Of a stretch of DNA of 64,000 bases, positions 51,701 to 61,439 are shown piece after piece. The stretch is from positions 1,984,001 to 2,048,000 of the forward strand of contig OZ176058.1 of assembly GCA_964247055.1 (NCBI GenBank), given 5' to 3'. Every line of letters begins with the position of its first letter. Within the stretch, counting starts at the first letter, position 1. Below the pieces are notes generated by a model that was not told the origin of the DNA, did not search any database, and saw only the letters and a list, made by a program, of their open reading frames with translations. Both the position numbers and the translations under genes were made by a program. This DNA is from Paragordius varius (lineage: Eukaryota > Animalia > Nematomorpha).

Positions 51701-54700
51701 GATATTACAAATTTTTTATAAAAAAATATATTTTATAAATTATAAAGAAATTTTATAAAATAAACCTTGAACATTTTTTTGGCGACAACCCCATGATTTT
51801 GTGGGCAGAGTTTCCGATATATCTTCAACTTCTAAGACTTGTTTAGTTCCTTTGATAACGTTTGCACTGGGACCTTTTATGGAAAAATATTACAGTTAGA
51901 GTAAATATTATACATTTCTAGAAAGTTATTAATTATTACCAAATAGTATAAGCAAAGAGAATTAAATTTAAAATTTAGTTTAAAAAATTATTACCAAAAG
52001 CACTTTCATTTATGAACAGTGTGTTTATTCCAATTTCGTGCCTTTTTTGCATACAAAAATTTGAAACATTTTTAAAATACACATATTTTTACCCTGGACG
52101 AAAACGCATTTAAATATGTTTACCATTATTAGTTTGGACTTAAAAATACAGTATGAGTAAGTATTATACATTGCTAGAAAGTTATTAATTATTGCCAAAT
52201 AGCACACATACAGCAAAGACAATTAAATTCAAAATTTATTTTAAAAATTTATTCCCTAAAGCATAAATTTATTTATGAACATGTGTTTATTACGATTTCG
52301 TTCCTTTTTATACACGATTATTTTTTACATAATACAGACAAAAAGTTGAAACATTTTAAAATACCCATATTTTTACCTATTTAAAGACAGTGCTGTTTAA
52401 AATTTTACTTTTTTAATTTGGACTATAAAATACAGTATGAGTAAGTATTATACATTGCTAGAAAGTTATTAATTATTGCCAATAGTAACAGTAAAGAAAA
52501 ATTTATTGGTTAATAATAGTAAAAAGTGAAAAAAACTATATGCCAATAATACTTACCTAATATGCTATTTGGCAATAATTAATAACTTTCTAAAATATTT
52601 AAACTTCATACTGTAAACAAAATATAATCAAAGCAAATTTTTAATAAAAAAAAGTTATTGTTTAAAGGAAATACACATTTAAAAACTGTTTTGGGATTTT
52701 ACTTTTATGAAATAATTTTTGGATGGGAATTCGTTATACATAATATTTTTATAGCTAAAATAAAAATTTGTCTAAAACTTTAAATATTTAATTTTAAATT
52801 AACTTATACAGTTATTTTACCTTCAATTTAACTAATCATATTATACGGACAAAACGTGAAAATATAAAGACAAAACATTTTTTTTAGAAGACAACCATAC
52901 GTTTTTACACCTTTTATCCTATAAAAATCATTTAATTACAGTTGTAAAAATATAATTGATTGTGTTACCAATATACATCTTTATTATATAATATGCAGTT
53001 TAAAACAATAAATTATAACTTAAATAATCAAGATTTAATAAGAGTATAGTTATCATTTAGAAAAAAATATTTGTCTCTATAACTTTGCGTTTTGTCCATA
53101 TAATTTCCATATTTACTGTAATTTAAAATCAAAACCAACATTTTCATAGTTAAACTCCAGTTGAAAAAAATATTTGTCTCTATAACTTTACGTATTGTCC
53201 GTATAATTCCAATTTTTACTGTATTTGTAAATTAAAATCAACATTTTTACAGTTCAATTCCAGTTGAAAAAATATTTGTCTCTATAACTTAACGTTTCCG
53301 TATAATTACATTATTCACTGTAACTGTAAATCAAAACCAACATATTTAGAGTCAAACTCCAGTTAAATAAAATTTTTAGACTTTAAAAAAATTTATAAAT
53401 TAACCCAAATCTTACCTAAAGCAAAAACGCATTTCACAGCAGTGCTTTTGGGATCAAAAGTGTCTTGAAACGTAAGCAAAAGAGTAAAAGGTTGACCTCG
53501 ACGTAGTATAAGTACTTCCTCACGCCTTACTATATCAAAACGATTTGTTCGGTGTAGCTCTGTGTTAGCCTGCACGGCTAAATCTACGTTTCGAATCTAT
53601 GAAAAATAAAATATAAAAAAATTAGATAATAATATTTTACATTAAAAATTTAAAATATAAAAACAAAATTTAATTTTTTTATAATGTAATTTATATGCAA
53701 AATATCTTGGAAACCCAAAAACGATCTCAAAAGCAATGTAAAATTTTTAATCTAGAGTGCGGTGGGTGTGGTTTAGAATTCTCTTTTAAAACATAAGAGA
53801 ACCCTTTGAACTTTCAAACAAAAATGTACAGTGAGCGAAAATAGAAATATACAGAAAAATTAAAATTATATATGAATATCACTTAAAATTTTTGGAAAAC
53901 ACAAAAACATCTCAAATCAAGAGTGTATTGTGTAATGAATTAATTATAAGTCTTTTCGTCTTAACCACTCAACTAGCTAGTTGAGTGGTTACTTATTAAT
54001 TTTTACCTTTTTGTTAATATGGTTAGGTATATAAATTTTACAATAACAATATAAATATATAAATAAAATTCCCATTAAACTTTAATAGCAACTTTTTCAA
54101 AAAATTTGGAAAAAAAATTACCTTATTAACATGCTTAACATTCGGATAATTAACTCTACGCCTGCCCTCTTCAATTTCGCCTTCTGGTCTTGAACGGTTA
54201 TTTATTGTCAAATTATTTTCATCCCTAGGATTTAAGGTTGGTACAGGCGGTTTTCTGAATATATTTTCTTCATTGTCAAATCTCAAATCTAATAATTAAA
54301 ATAAATTTAATTGAAAATACAATGTTTTGAAAAAGCAGGTTATTTTACAGTAAAAATTGAAATTATACGGACAAAACGTAAAAATATGACGACAAATATT
54401 TTTTTTCAAAAGACAAATACTTTAAAATATTACTTATATAAAATCTGTTTATTTTTACGTTTTGTCCGTATAATTTCAATTTTCATTGTAATTTATAAAT
54501 AAATTACTCGATTTTCAATTGTTGTCTTACTTAACTTTTAGTAAAGGGTGTGTTCGACATATGCCCCGTCGGCTGCATTCCTCATTTATGCCAAATACAA
54601 TATTTTTTTATGAAAAAAAAATAATTTTATTAATCAAATTTTGTTATAATTTTCAAATATCAGCAATAAACTAGCGAAGTATTTTTGACAGTTTTATAAT

Positions 54701-57700
54701 TGTGTGTTTGTTTTGAATTTAATAAAATATTTATTAGTGCCTTTATAGTTGAATATCCCTACTTCTTAAGCCAGAGATTTGACTATATATACAGTGAAAA
54801 TTGGAATTAGGACTAAACGTTAAAATATAAAGACATATATTTTTTTCAAAAAGACAAACCATATTTTAAATCTTAATTTTTAATATTTAAATCATTGAAA
54901 TTTGCAAAGTATGAAATAGAGATAGATGTATTACGGGAATACAATTAATTATATTTTACAGTGGTAATATAAGAAAAATAAGGTTTAAAAGGTATGGTTG
55001 TAAAAATATTCTTTATATTTTTACAAAAATATTCTTTATATTTTTACATCATTTTGTCTGTATATCTTCCATTTTTACTGTTTTAAATGTGTCAAAAAAA
55101 ATTTTTTAGTAATGAGCTGGCAACTTAAGGAATCTATAATTTATACAATATATGATAATAAAAAAATGTCTTATAAATACTAATACAGTAAAAATTAATA
55201 TAAGGACAAAACGTGAAAATATAATTTTTTCAAAAAGATAACCATACTGTTTAATCTTTATTTTTTTAATATAATTAATTGTTTAAACTTTATAATATAG
55301 ATATGTAAATTGGTAACACAATAAATTTTATCATAAATGCTTTTAATAGTGTAAATAAATATTTGAAAAGTATGGTTTCGGAAAAAAAAATTGTCTTTAT
55401 ATTTTTACATTTTGTCCGTTGGCATGTTTTCCTAGAGAAGTCAATGAAAACTTTTTTTAAATCTTTTTAGATAAATTTGATATGTTTTCAATGGAAAATA
55501 TTTGTTTGCCATACAATATAAAAGTTTTAATCAAATAACCTATTTTTTAATGTCTTTAATTGGATATTAAACAATAATTTTTTGAGTTTTTTAACAATTT
55601 CTAAAACAAAATCAATCCTTACTGAATCCCAAAGAATAACAGCAAGTTAAAATTGCAGAATATATCCTTTTAAATTTTTGGCTCATTAAATTTGGTCGTC
55701 ACAAATTTCTCAAAAATATTAAAAAAATTAAAAATCAAATTATTTAAATTTAAAATTAATTTTTTTTCGGAAAAAACTAAAAAAAGTAAAATAATTTACA
55801 AATTTTCACCTGTGCCTACCTTTTCACAAATTAAATATTTTATTAAGGTCAACAATGTTGCATTTTTCGTTTTTTTACATTTTTTGAATTTTTTTGCATT
55901 TTTAATTAATATTTAAAAAAAACAATAAAATTTTCTCTAATTTATAAATTCATTAAACCGAAAAATAGCGAATTCGATTCCTTTGTCATTGAACGTATAG
56001 ATTAATAATATTTTTATAAATAATTATATAATGTTAATATTTTAAAAAAATTAAAATAATTATCAATTTCAAAGGCAATATAATTAAAATGTACTCTAAA
56101 AATTGAAATCCAGACAAAAAAAGTTAAAGGCACATATTTTTAAAATTAAATACAGCCTATCTTTTTGAAATTTATAGTAAAGCAAATAGAAATGTATTTT
56201 GCATTTTATTTTATGTAGAAAATATGGTATAAAAATTATAATTTAAAAAAATTGTTGTTTTATCTTTAAAATTTTAATATTTAGTGTCAAATAATAAATT
56301 TCAATAACATTTTGATATAGTTAACATTTTGGTGTAGTTTTATATCCAAAAGCTCGATTTTGTAAATAAACTACAATTTTTAAAGTTATTTAATCAAACA
56401 TTTTTCTTACGTATTAAATATAAAAGCTTATATTTTTACAGTTTTGTGACCTCAAGAGTCTAAAATTAGGACAGCTCTACACGATTAAAAGGAACAACTG
56501 ATATAAAAATCAAAATATAAGTTTTTGCTGTGATACAATGTAGCATAAAAGCTTTTTTGAATTACTTACTTTTTTTAACTATTATATACAATTATTTGCC
56601 GGTTGCAATAGCGATTTAAAATAATTCGTTGAAAAAACAACGGCGGCAATAAAGTTTGAGATAAGAAATTTTTTACAATTTTACTTTTTAGAAAAAAAAT
56701 GTTTAGTATAATGAGCCTAAACGACTAAAGAGAGCATATTTTTAAATTTGGCTTTTTACCTTTAAGATTTTTTAAGATCTTCAAAATTCAAATCTCAAGC
56801 TCAGGGATATAAAACTACCACAAAAGGTAATGGGTTTTACACCTATATATTATTTTATATAAATTTATATTTAAGAGTTTAAGTGATATCCATAATAATA
56901 ATTCAACTATTTGAAAAATCAAACTGTTTTCCCCCTAAAATTGCCAAGAATAATAAATAAATAAAATTTATTCATCTCTGTTTTCTATCTATATCGTTAT
57001 TATATACCATACACAGTTCAAATTCACTTTCCAATTCGAATTAACCCTTGAACAATTCAAATTCACCCTAAGATTAAATTATATGTTTTTAAGATTAAAA
57101 AGTACCTATTATTTTTAAAAAATTACATTTAAAATTATATAATACTGTAAAAAATAAACTATATATTTCTTATTAATGATGAGTTATATAGCCCGATAAC
57201 ACAATTCATTTTTAGGGTGAATTCGAATTGATCGGGGGTGTTAAATTGTTCAAAGATGAATTTGGATTGTGAATGGTTTATTAAAAGTGTTAAGGGGCTC
57301 ATGAAAATAAATAAACATAATTAAAATATTTTACAATAATAAAATCAAACTTTTAAAAATTGGCAAAAATATGAAATAAAAAAAATATTATATCGCTTAT
57401 TATATTTAATGCCTCAAGGATTCATCAAAAAACATCTAAAAAAATTAAAAAAAATTAAACTTTTTCTCCTAAAAAATGTCAAATAATATGTAAAATCAAA
57501 ATTAAATTACATTTTTTAAACCTTATTTATCTATATATATATATTTTAAAATCTTCAAGACCCATACAAATTTAAGTGATTCAAAGATATTACTAACCTT
57601 ACTTTATTTTATAAAATTTTTAAGAATATTAATCAAAAATTTTAAAATTAAAAAATATTACTTCTGAATAAGTTTTCAGGATTTATAGTTGCATTTCCAT

Positions 57701-57875
57701 CAATATTTTCAAAATTTCTATTTGCAATATTGCTAAAATTGCTAAAATTTCTAGAAAATTCGGGTGAATTATTTAGCAATAAATTTTCAATTCTGCGGCG
57801 CGGAAATCTGCCATCTAGGTTTCGAAAATGTCTTTCTTCTATTTCATTAAAGATATCATTTATATTGCGTCTCAT
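25392..57875 (-). CDS. Protein-glutamine gamma-glutamyltransferase (transglutaminase), 17 coding exons, 2496 nt / 831 aa
   Basis: Hand-spliced exons give a continuous frame containing the N domain ([15 protein letters not shown]), the core with catalytic [17 protein letters not shown] and QVVDGTPQE plus FRCGP and DITEHYK, and two beta-barrels (SFMNPL, EGPGL, LTDIEG). All 16 introns are GT-AG and phases agree. AATAAA on the minus strand at 25378-25373. No orthologue assigned. Confidence 0.96.
25536..28080. repeat. Tandem array of about 10 units of roughly 250 bp carrying the exon-17 acceptor/start and a MITE terminal fragment
   Basis: GAGCTGGTATATCTCTAAAAT recurs at about 25770, 26107, 26341, 26592; GAAATTATACGGACAAAATGTAAAA in nearly every unit. 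Confidence 0.92.
28213..28352 (-). CDS. Transglutaminase exon 16
   Basis: [46 protein letters not shown]. Confidence 0.94.
28671..29016. mobile_element. MITE family 2 (foldback-like; TIR TACCATTTACAG; 21-nt subterminal repeats TCAAATTCACCCTTGAACAAT)
   Basis: TACCATTTACAGTTCA...TGAACTGTAAATGGTA flanked by TATA; tandem 21-mers mirrored at both ends. Confidence 0.9.
29507..29846. mobile_element. MITE family 2, copy
   Basis: Very similar to 28671-29016; right end slightly eroded. Confidence 0.88.
29890..30050 (-). CDS. Transglutaminase exon 15
   Basis: [14 protein letters not shown]...[26 protein letters not shown]. Confidence 0.92.
30335..31589. repeat. Copies of the exon-14 3' end plus donor
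   Basis: Near-identical copies at about 31105-31165 and 31345-31410; diverged copies at about 30675-30780, 30460-30490, 30340-30360. Confidence 0.88.
31590..31758 (-). CDS. Transglutaminase exon 14
   Basis: [17 protein letters not shown]...[11 protein letters not shown]...LQPKE. Confidence 0.92.
32592..32873. mobile_element. MITE family 1, full copy
   Basis: Both TIRs present. Confidence 0.85.
33165..34377. repeat. Tandem array (6 units of about 205 bp) carrying the exon-13 3' end plus donor
   Basis: ATTCAAATTGGATATCC core at about 33173, 33395, 33600, 33791, 34001, 34210; outlier near 32110. Confidence 0.92.
34378..34502 (-). CDS. Transglutaminase exon 13
   Basis: [19 protein letters not shown]...[12 protein letters not shown]. 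Confidence 0.88.
34795..35088. mobile_element. MITE family 1, full copy
   Basis: Both TIRs present. Confidence 0.85.
35250..35344 (-). CDS. Transglutaminase exon 12
   Basis: [31 protein letters not shown]. Confidence 0.93.
35935..37134. repeat. Tandem array carrying the exon-11 3' end plus donor
   Basis: ACTGATTTTCATCTTTTCCTAGGAA at about 35942, 36262, 36453, 36762; partial copy near 36945. Confidence 0.9.
37135..37300 (-). CDS. Transglutaminase exon 11
   Basis: [33 protein letters not shown]...LGKDEN. Confidence 0.93.
37301..38320. repeat. Tandem array carrying the exon-11 acceptor and 5' end
   Basis: TGGGCCACATCGAAATAAATCTG-like cores at about 37620, 37830, 38128, 38290. Confidence 0.88.
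38816..39066. mobile_element. MITE family 1, full copy
   Basis: Both TIRs present. Confidence 0.82.
39610..41915. repeat. About 3.5 tandem copies of a roughly 640-bp block, each containing a Tc1/mariner-type MITE
   Basis: Marker TGTACTTCAGAG(G)..ATGATA at about 39630, 40130, 40788, 41448, each followed by AATGCGGATA/CCCTTACAGTAAAAG or a MITE copy. Confidence 0.85.
39761..40049. mobile_element. MITE family 1, full copy
   Basis: TACAGTAAAAATTAG...TTTTTACTGTA. Confidence 0.88.
41964..42067 (-). CDS. Transglutaminase exon 10 (catalytic His and Asp)
   Basis: [35 protein letters not shown]. Confidence 0.97.
43724..43862 (-). CDS. Transglutaminase exon 9
   Basis: [25 protein letters not shown]...MDSVW. 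Confidence 0.96.
43864..45125. repeat. Tandem array (7-8 units of about 148 bp) carrying the exon-9 acceptor and 5' end
   Basis: CAGTTCTGCAAGGAATACCCAGGGTTCTCAATACTATATTT-like cores at about 43973, 44123, 44262, 44383, 44530, 44677, 44827, 45100. Confidence 0.93.
45614..45668 (-). pseudogene. Partial duplicate of the exon-8 3' end including the catalytic-Cys motif and donor
   Basis: [14 protein letters not shown]|GTAAGT versus live [14 protein letters not shown]|GTAAGT. Confidence 0.9.
45863..46037 (-). CDS. Transglutaminase exon 8 (catalytic Cys)
   Basis: [15 protein letters not shown]...DWQGSVQIL...[15 protein letters not shown]. Confidence 0.97.
46750..46857 (-). CDS. Transglutaminase exon 7
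   Basis: [14 protein letters not shown]...[14 protein letters not shown]. Confidence 0.94.
48590..48930. repeat. Dispersed repeat, homologous to about 56440-56830
   Basis: Shared AGAGTCTAAAATT.GGACAGCT...CACGATT...CTGATAT...AATCAAAATAT...AAGTTTTTGCTG. Confidence 0.7.
49051..49169 (-). CDS. Transglutaminase exon 6
   Basis: [15 protein letters not shown]...SRMWNYGM. Confidence 0.94.
49272..49510. mobile_element. MITE family 1, copy
   Basis: TACGGTAAAAATTGAAATTATACGGA...GTCCGTAAATTTTAATTTTTTTTGTA. Confidence 0.8.
49957..50139 (-). CDS. Transglutaminase exon 5
   Basis: [23 protein letters not shown]...[10 protein letters not shown]. Confidence 0.95.
50153..50722. mobile_element. MITE family 2, copy with expanded 21-nt repeat tract
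   Basis: Roughly 15 tandem 21-mers at about 50165-50520; termini TACCATTTA...TAAATGGTA. Confidence 0.9.
51327..51575. mobile_element. MITE family 2, copy
   Basis: TGCCATTTACTGTTCAAATT...TAATGGTA. Confidence 0.78.
51766..51873 (-). CDS. Transglutaminase exon 4
   Basis: [16 protein letters not shown]...[11 protein letters not shown]. Confidence 0.92.
51890..52620. repeat. Three direct copies and one inverted copy of a segment next to the exon-4 acceptor
   Basis: TACAG..GAGTAA..ATTATACATT.CTAGAAAGTTATTAATTATT at about 51892, 52148, 52433; inverted at about 52570-52612. Confidence 0.8.
53060..53370. repeat. Triplicated right-hand MITE terminus plus flank
   Basis: AAAAAATATTTGTCTCTATAACTT...CGTATAATT...ACTGTA...AAATCAA(A)AC three times. 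Confidence 0.8.
53416..53596 (-). CDS. Transglutaminase exon 3
   Basis: [21 protein letters not shown]...[15 protein letters not shown]...FALG. Confidence 0.95.
54122..54288 (-). CDS. Transglutaminase exon 2
   Basis: [16 protein letters not shown]...NVKHVNK; AG/GT boundaries. Confidence 0.8.
54346..54490. mobile_element. MITE family 1, internally deleted copy (TIRs only)
   Basis: Left TIR joined almost directly to the right TIR. Confidence 0.85.
54790..55082. mobile_element. MITE family 1, copy
   Basis: TACAGTGAAAATTGG...TTTTTACTG. Confidence 0.8.
57005..57278. mobile_element. MITE family 2, copy
   Basis: TACCATACACAGTTCAAATTCAC...GTGAATGGT. Confidence 0.8.
57662..57875 (-). CDS. Transglutaminase exon 1 (Asn/Arg-rich N-terminal extension)
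   Basis: ATG 57875; [24 protein letters not shown]...ENLFR; donor GTAATA; phase 1 matches the next exon. Confidence 0.75.
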
Positions 57876-58780
57876 GTTTGAATTTTTTAAAAAAATTTAA
57901 TATTTTGAATTTAAAGGCGAAATATAGTTAAAATCTTATGAAAATAAATTTTATTAAATATATGTAAATAAATTATTTTTTGAATTTCCGCGCATTTTAT
58001 ATAGAAGTTTGCGGATAAAAAGATGAGCGAAAAAGATAATTGGAATATAAGAAAAAATTTAAAAAAGTTTAAAATTTGGTACTTTCCATTAATTATAATA
58101 TGTATATTTTTAAAAATATTTTAGCAGAATTACAAAAAACAGTTTTTTAGTTTAAAAATAATTATGTATTCCGGAAAAATTTGAAAAAAATCATTTTTAA
58201 ATATATATATTAAATTTGTTGAAATTTCGGACAAAACTTTTAATTTCTAAATTTTAATTGCTATCTAATTACGGGACAAAAACATGTCCTTAGTTTTTAT
58301 GATATATCTTCATAAATATTATACATTACAAAAAAAATTTAAAAAGTTTATGACCATATGTTTTTGTTTCAAAAACGCAAATTCTTGTAAAATTTGTTTT
58401 TATTTCAAACATAAGAGTTAATTTAAATGTTTTTACTTATAACTTTTTTAACAAAAAACATCTCTTAAAATATTTTTTATATATCACTTAAAACATTGTA
58501 AGCTTTCGCACAACTTAAAATTTGGAAAATAATGTTAATTTCGCAGAATAGCATTTTATTTTTAAAAAAATATTTTCTGATAAGTTGATAAAATTACATT
58601 TTTAACTAAAAAATATATTTGTGCTATATTACTATTCGTCTTTTTAAACTAAAAATTTTAAAACCCGAATAATTTTGATTTGTAATATGATAAATAATGT
58701 GCCTTCCAAGGTAATCAAAATTTCATAAAAAAATTTGTGTATTATCCGAATTAAGCTTCAAACTTAAAAATTAAAAAACT

Positions 58781-58958
58781 ATATTAAAGTTTATTTAAAA
58801 TTAGGCTAAAATGTGTATATGATAAAAATATAAATTATAATTTTCGACTTTTATTGTAATGTCATAATAAAATGACTTTACAATAAAAGTCGAAAATTAA
58901 AATTTATATTTTTATCGTATACGCATTTTAGCATAATTTTAAATAAATTTCATAATAT
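58781..58958. repeat. Near-perfect long palindrome (arms about 85 bp, loop about 6 nt)
   Basis: ...TAATTTTCGACTTTTATTGTAA.GTCAT-aataaa-ATGAC.TTACAATAAAAGTCGAAAATTA... Confidence 0.9.
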
Positions 58959-59399
58959 ATATAATGCGTAATTCTATCAATTTCGCTATATAAAAGTTGT
59001 AAAATTAATATATATCATGTAAAATTTTAAACATTTTAACTTTTTCGATGTATAAATAAAGTGCTTTTAAAATCCAAAATATATAGGAGTCGAACTCTAT
59101 ATAAAAGGAACAAATGCGTAAAACCGAAAATGTGTACAGCTGATTATCAGAAATCATGAAACTGAGGTATGGAAATTAAATATTAAAAATATTATTTGTC
59201 ATTCAAATTGTGTAGATTATATTAATGAATATCTAAAACATTGATGTTTTTTATTAATTATAAAAATAATAAAAAAATCAATTATTTATATAATTTAAAG
59301 ATTAAATAAAAGTTTATATAACAAAAAACTTGAATTAAACCAAAACAAATACAAAATTTTGTTTATAATGAAAACATAATAATTGTTTAATTAGGCTCA

Positions 59400-59683
59400 T
59401 ACAGTTAAAAGTGAAATTATACGGATAAAACGTAAAAATATAAAGACAAATATTATCTAAAAGACAACCATTAAAAACTTTAATTTTCTCATATAAGCTA
59501 TTTAGTTACAACAATTGTAAGATATAGAATTTATTGTTTTAGTGATATATATCTCTATTTCACAGTTGGCATTTTAAACAATGAATTAAATAAAAACAAA
59601 TCAAGATTAAATAAATATGGTTATAGTCTAGAAAAAAATATTTGTCTTTATATTTTTTGTTTGTATAATTCAGGTTTTCTGTA
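59400..59683. mobile_element. MITE family 1, full copy
   Basis: TACAGT...CTGTA. Confidence 0.83.
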
Positions 59684-60618
59684 ATAATAGACCCGTGATT
59701 TTATGTAATCTCAAAACAAAAATAAATATACAACCTCGGATTTTCTAACAAATTAATTAGATTTGAATTTTGTTTTTAAGTTTCGGCATACCTAAAAATA
59801 TAAATTTCCTATATTAATTTTTCGATTAAATATTAACAGACATGTATTTTTTAAAAAAAAAATAAAAAAATACGGTTTCATTTTAAATTATTTCATATAC
59901 CTTTTTTTTACTTTTGATAACCTAAAAATATGTTTTTTTGACCAATAACCTTTTCTGCCTTAACAAGATAAGATATGCTTTAAATTAAATTAAGTGATAA
60001 TATATATTCTCTTAAAATAAAGATTTTTAACATTTTTTGAATTTTATGATATTAAATTATTTTTACTTGAAAAAAATAAATCATGCTTTTTTATATAATT
60101 TTTAAAAAAAATATAACTAATTTTAATATTTTATAGAAGTCTGTAATTAAAATTTAAGATTCAAATAATATAACCTTAAAAAAATTTTTAAATCAAAAAT
60201 TAGAAATAAAACAAAAACTCTTTAAATTAAATAATGTATAAACAAAAATATTTGAAAAAAAAAATCAATATAAATATTATTTAAAAATGGCAAAAAAATA
60301 TTTAAATCATAAGTATTTACCATTATTAATATGGAATAGGGTATTATTGGGTAATCTATAGACGTGATACATTTTTTTCTTTTAAATACAGGATAATTTT
60401 TTTTAAATATTTAACAGTTTGGTTAAAACATCATTTTTTTATTTATAACAGAAACTTAAATTGTTTATAAGTCAGTAAAACTTACAGGTAGAGTTCATGA
60501 CGTGAAATGTTAAAGTTTCGGATAGTAAATAGACTTATAATAACCATTTATGTTATATCACGTCTATCTAGGTTACTAAATGTTTAAAAGGAGATTTAAA
60601 CTGGATAAAAGGGAAAAT

Positions 60619-60900
60619 TACAATAAAAATGAAATTATGCGGACAAATTGTAAAAATATAAAGAAAACGCAACCATAGTTTTCGAATCATGATATTTAAA
60701 TGATTTTAATTGATTATTTTCTACTGAAACTATAAGATAGGTATGTTAATTGGAAAGCAATCTTTTATATATTTTTCAATTGAAATAAATGATTAAATGG
60801 AAAATTAAAAGCTTAAAAAAGTATAGTTGGTTGCATTTAAAGTAAAATATTTGTCATTATATTTTTACGTTTTGCCCGTATAATTTCATTTTATACTGTA
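60619..60900. mobile_element. MITE family 1, full copy
   Basis: Both TIRs present. Confidence 0.83.
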
Positions 60901-61040
60901 ATTTAAATAAAATCCATTAGTAGAAACAAAATTTATAATATAACAAATTGAATATGATTTTAACTTAGCTGTGATACATATTTAATATTTTGGTATTTTG
61001 GTGGTTATATTAAAAAATTCGATAAAAATTATTTTGCAAA

Positions 61041-61077
<37 letters not shown>

Positions 61078-61080
<3 letters not shown>

Positions 61081-61346
61081 GAGTAAAATGTAAAATTATA
61101 CGGACAAAACGTAAAAATATTTTTTTTTCAAAAAAATACCATACTTCAAAGCTTAATAAACACTACTAGCTTACATTTTTAAATGATATAATTGAGTATA
61201 TTAAAAATTTACATCTATATTCCTTTTTTGCAACCCAAAACTATAATTAAAATGTGAAAAAATTGATTTTGAAAAGGGTGGTTGTCTTTAAAAAATATCT
61301 GTCTATATTTTTACATTTTGTCCGTATAATTCCAATTTTTACTGTA
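61078..61346. mobile_element. MITE family 1, full copy
   Basis: Both TIRs present. Confidence 0.83.
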
Positions 61347-61439
61347 TATATACCATATGCACTTCAAGAATGTCCTTAAACATTTCAAGTTGGTCCTTGA
61401 ACATTTCAAGTTAATCCTTAAAATTTTCAAATTTTGCTT

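Noticed and set aside
51890-52620. Exon-4 acceptor array as another exon-edge array
   Set aside because: It is adjacent to the acceptor, but any exon-derived part is too eroded to recognise. Listed only as a repeat.
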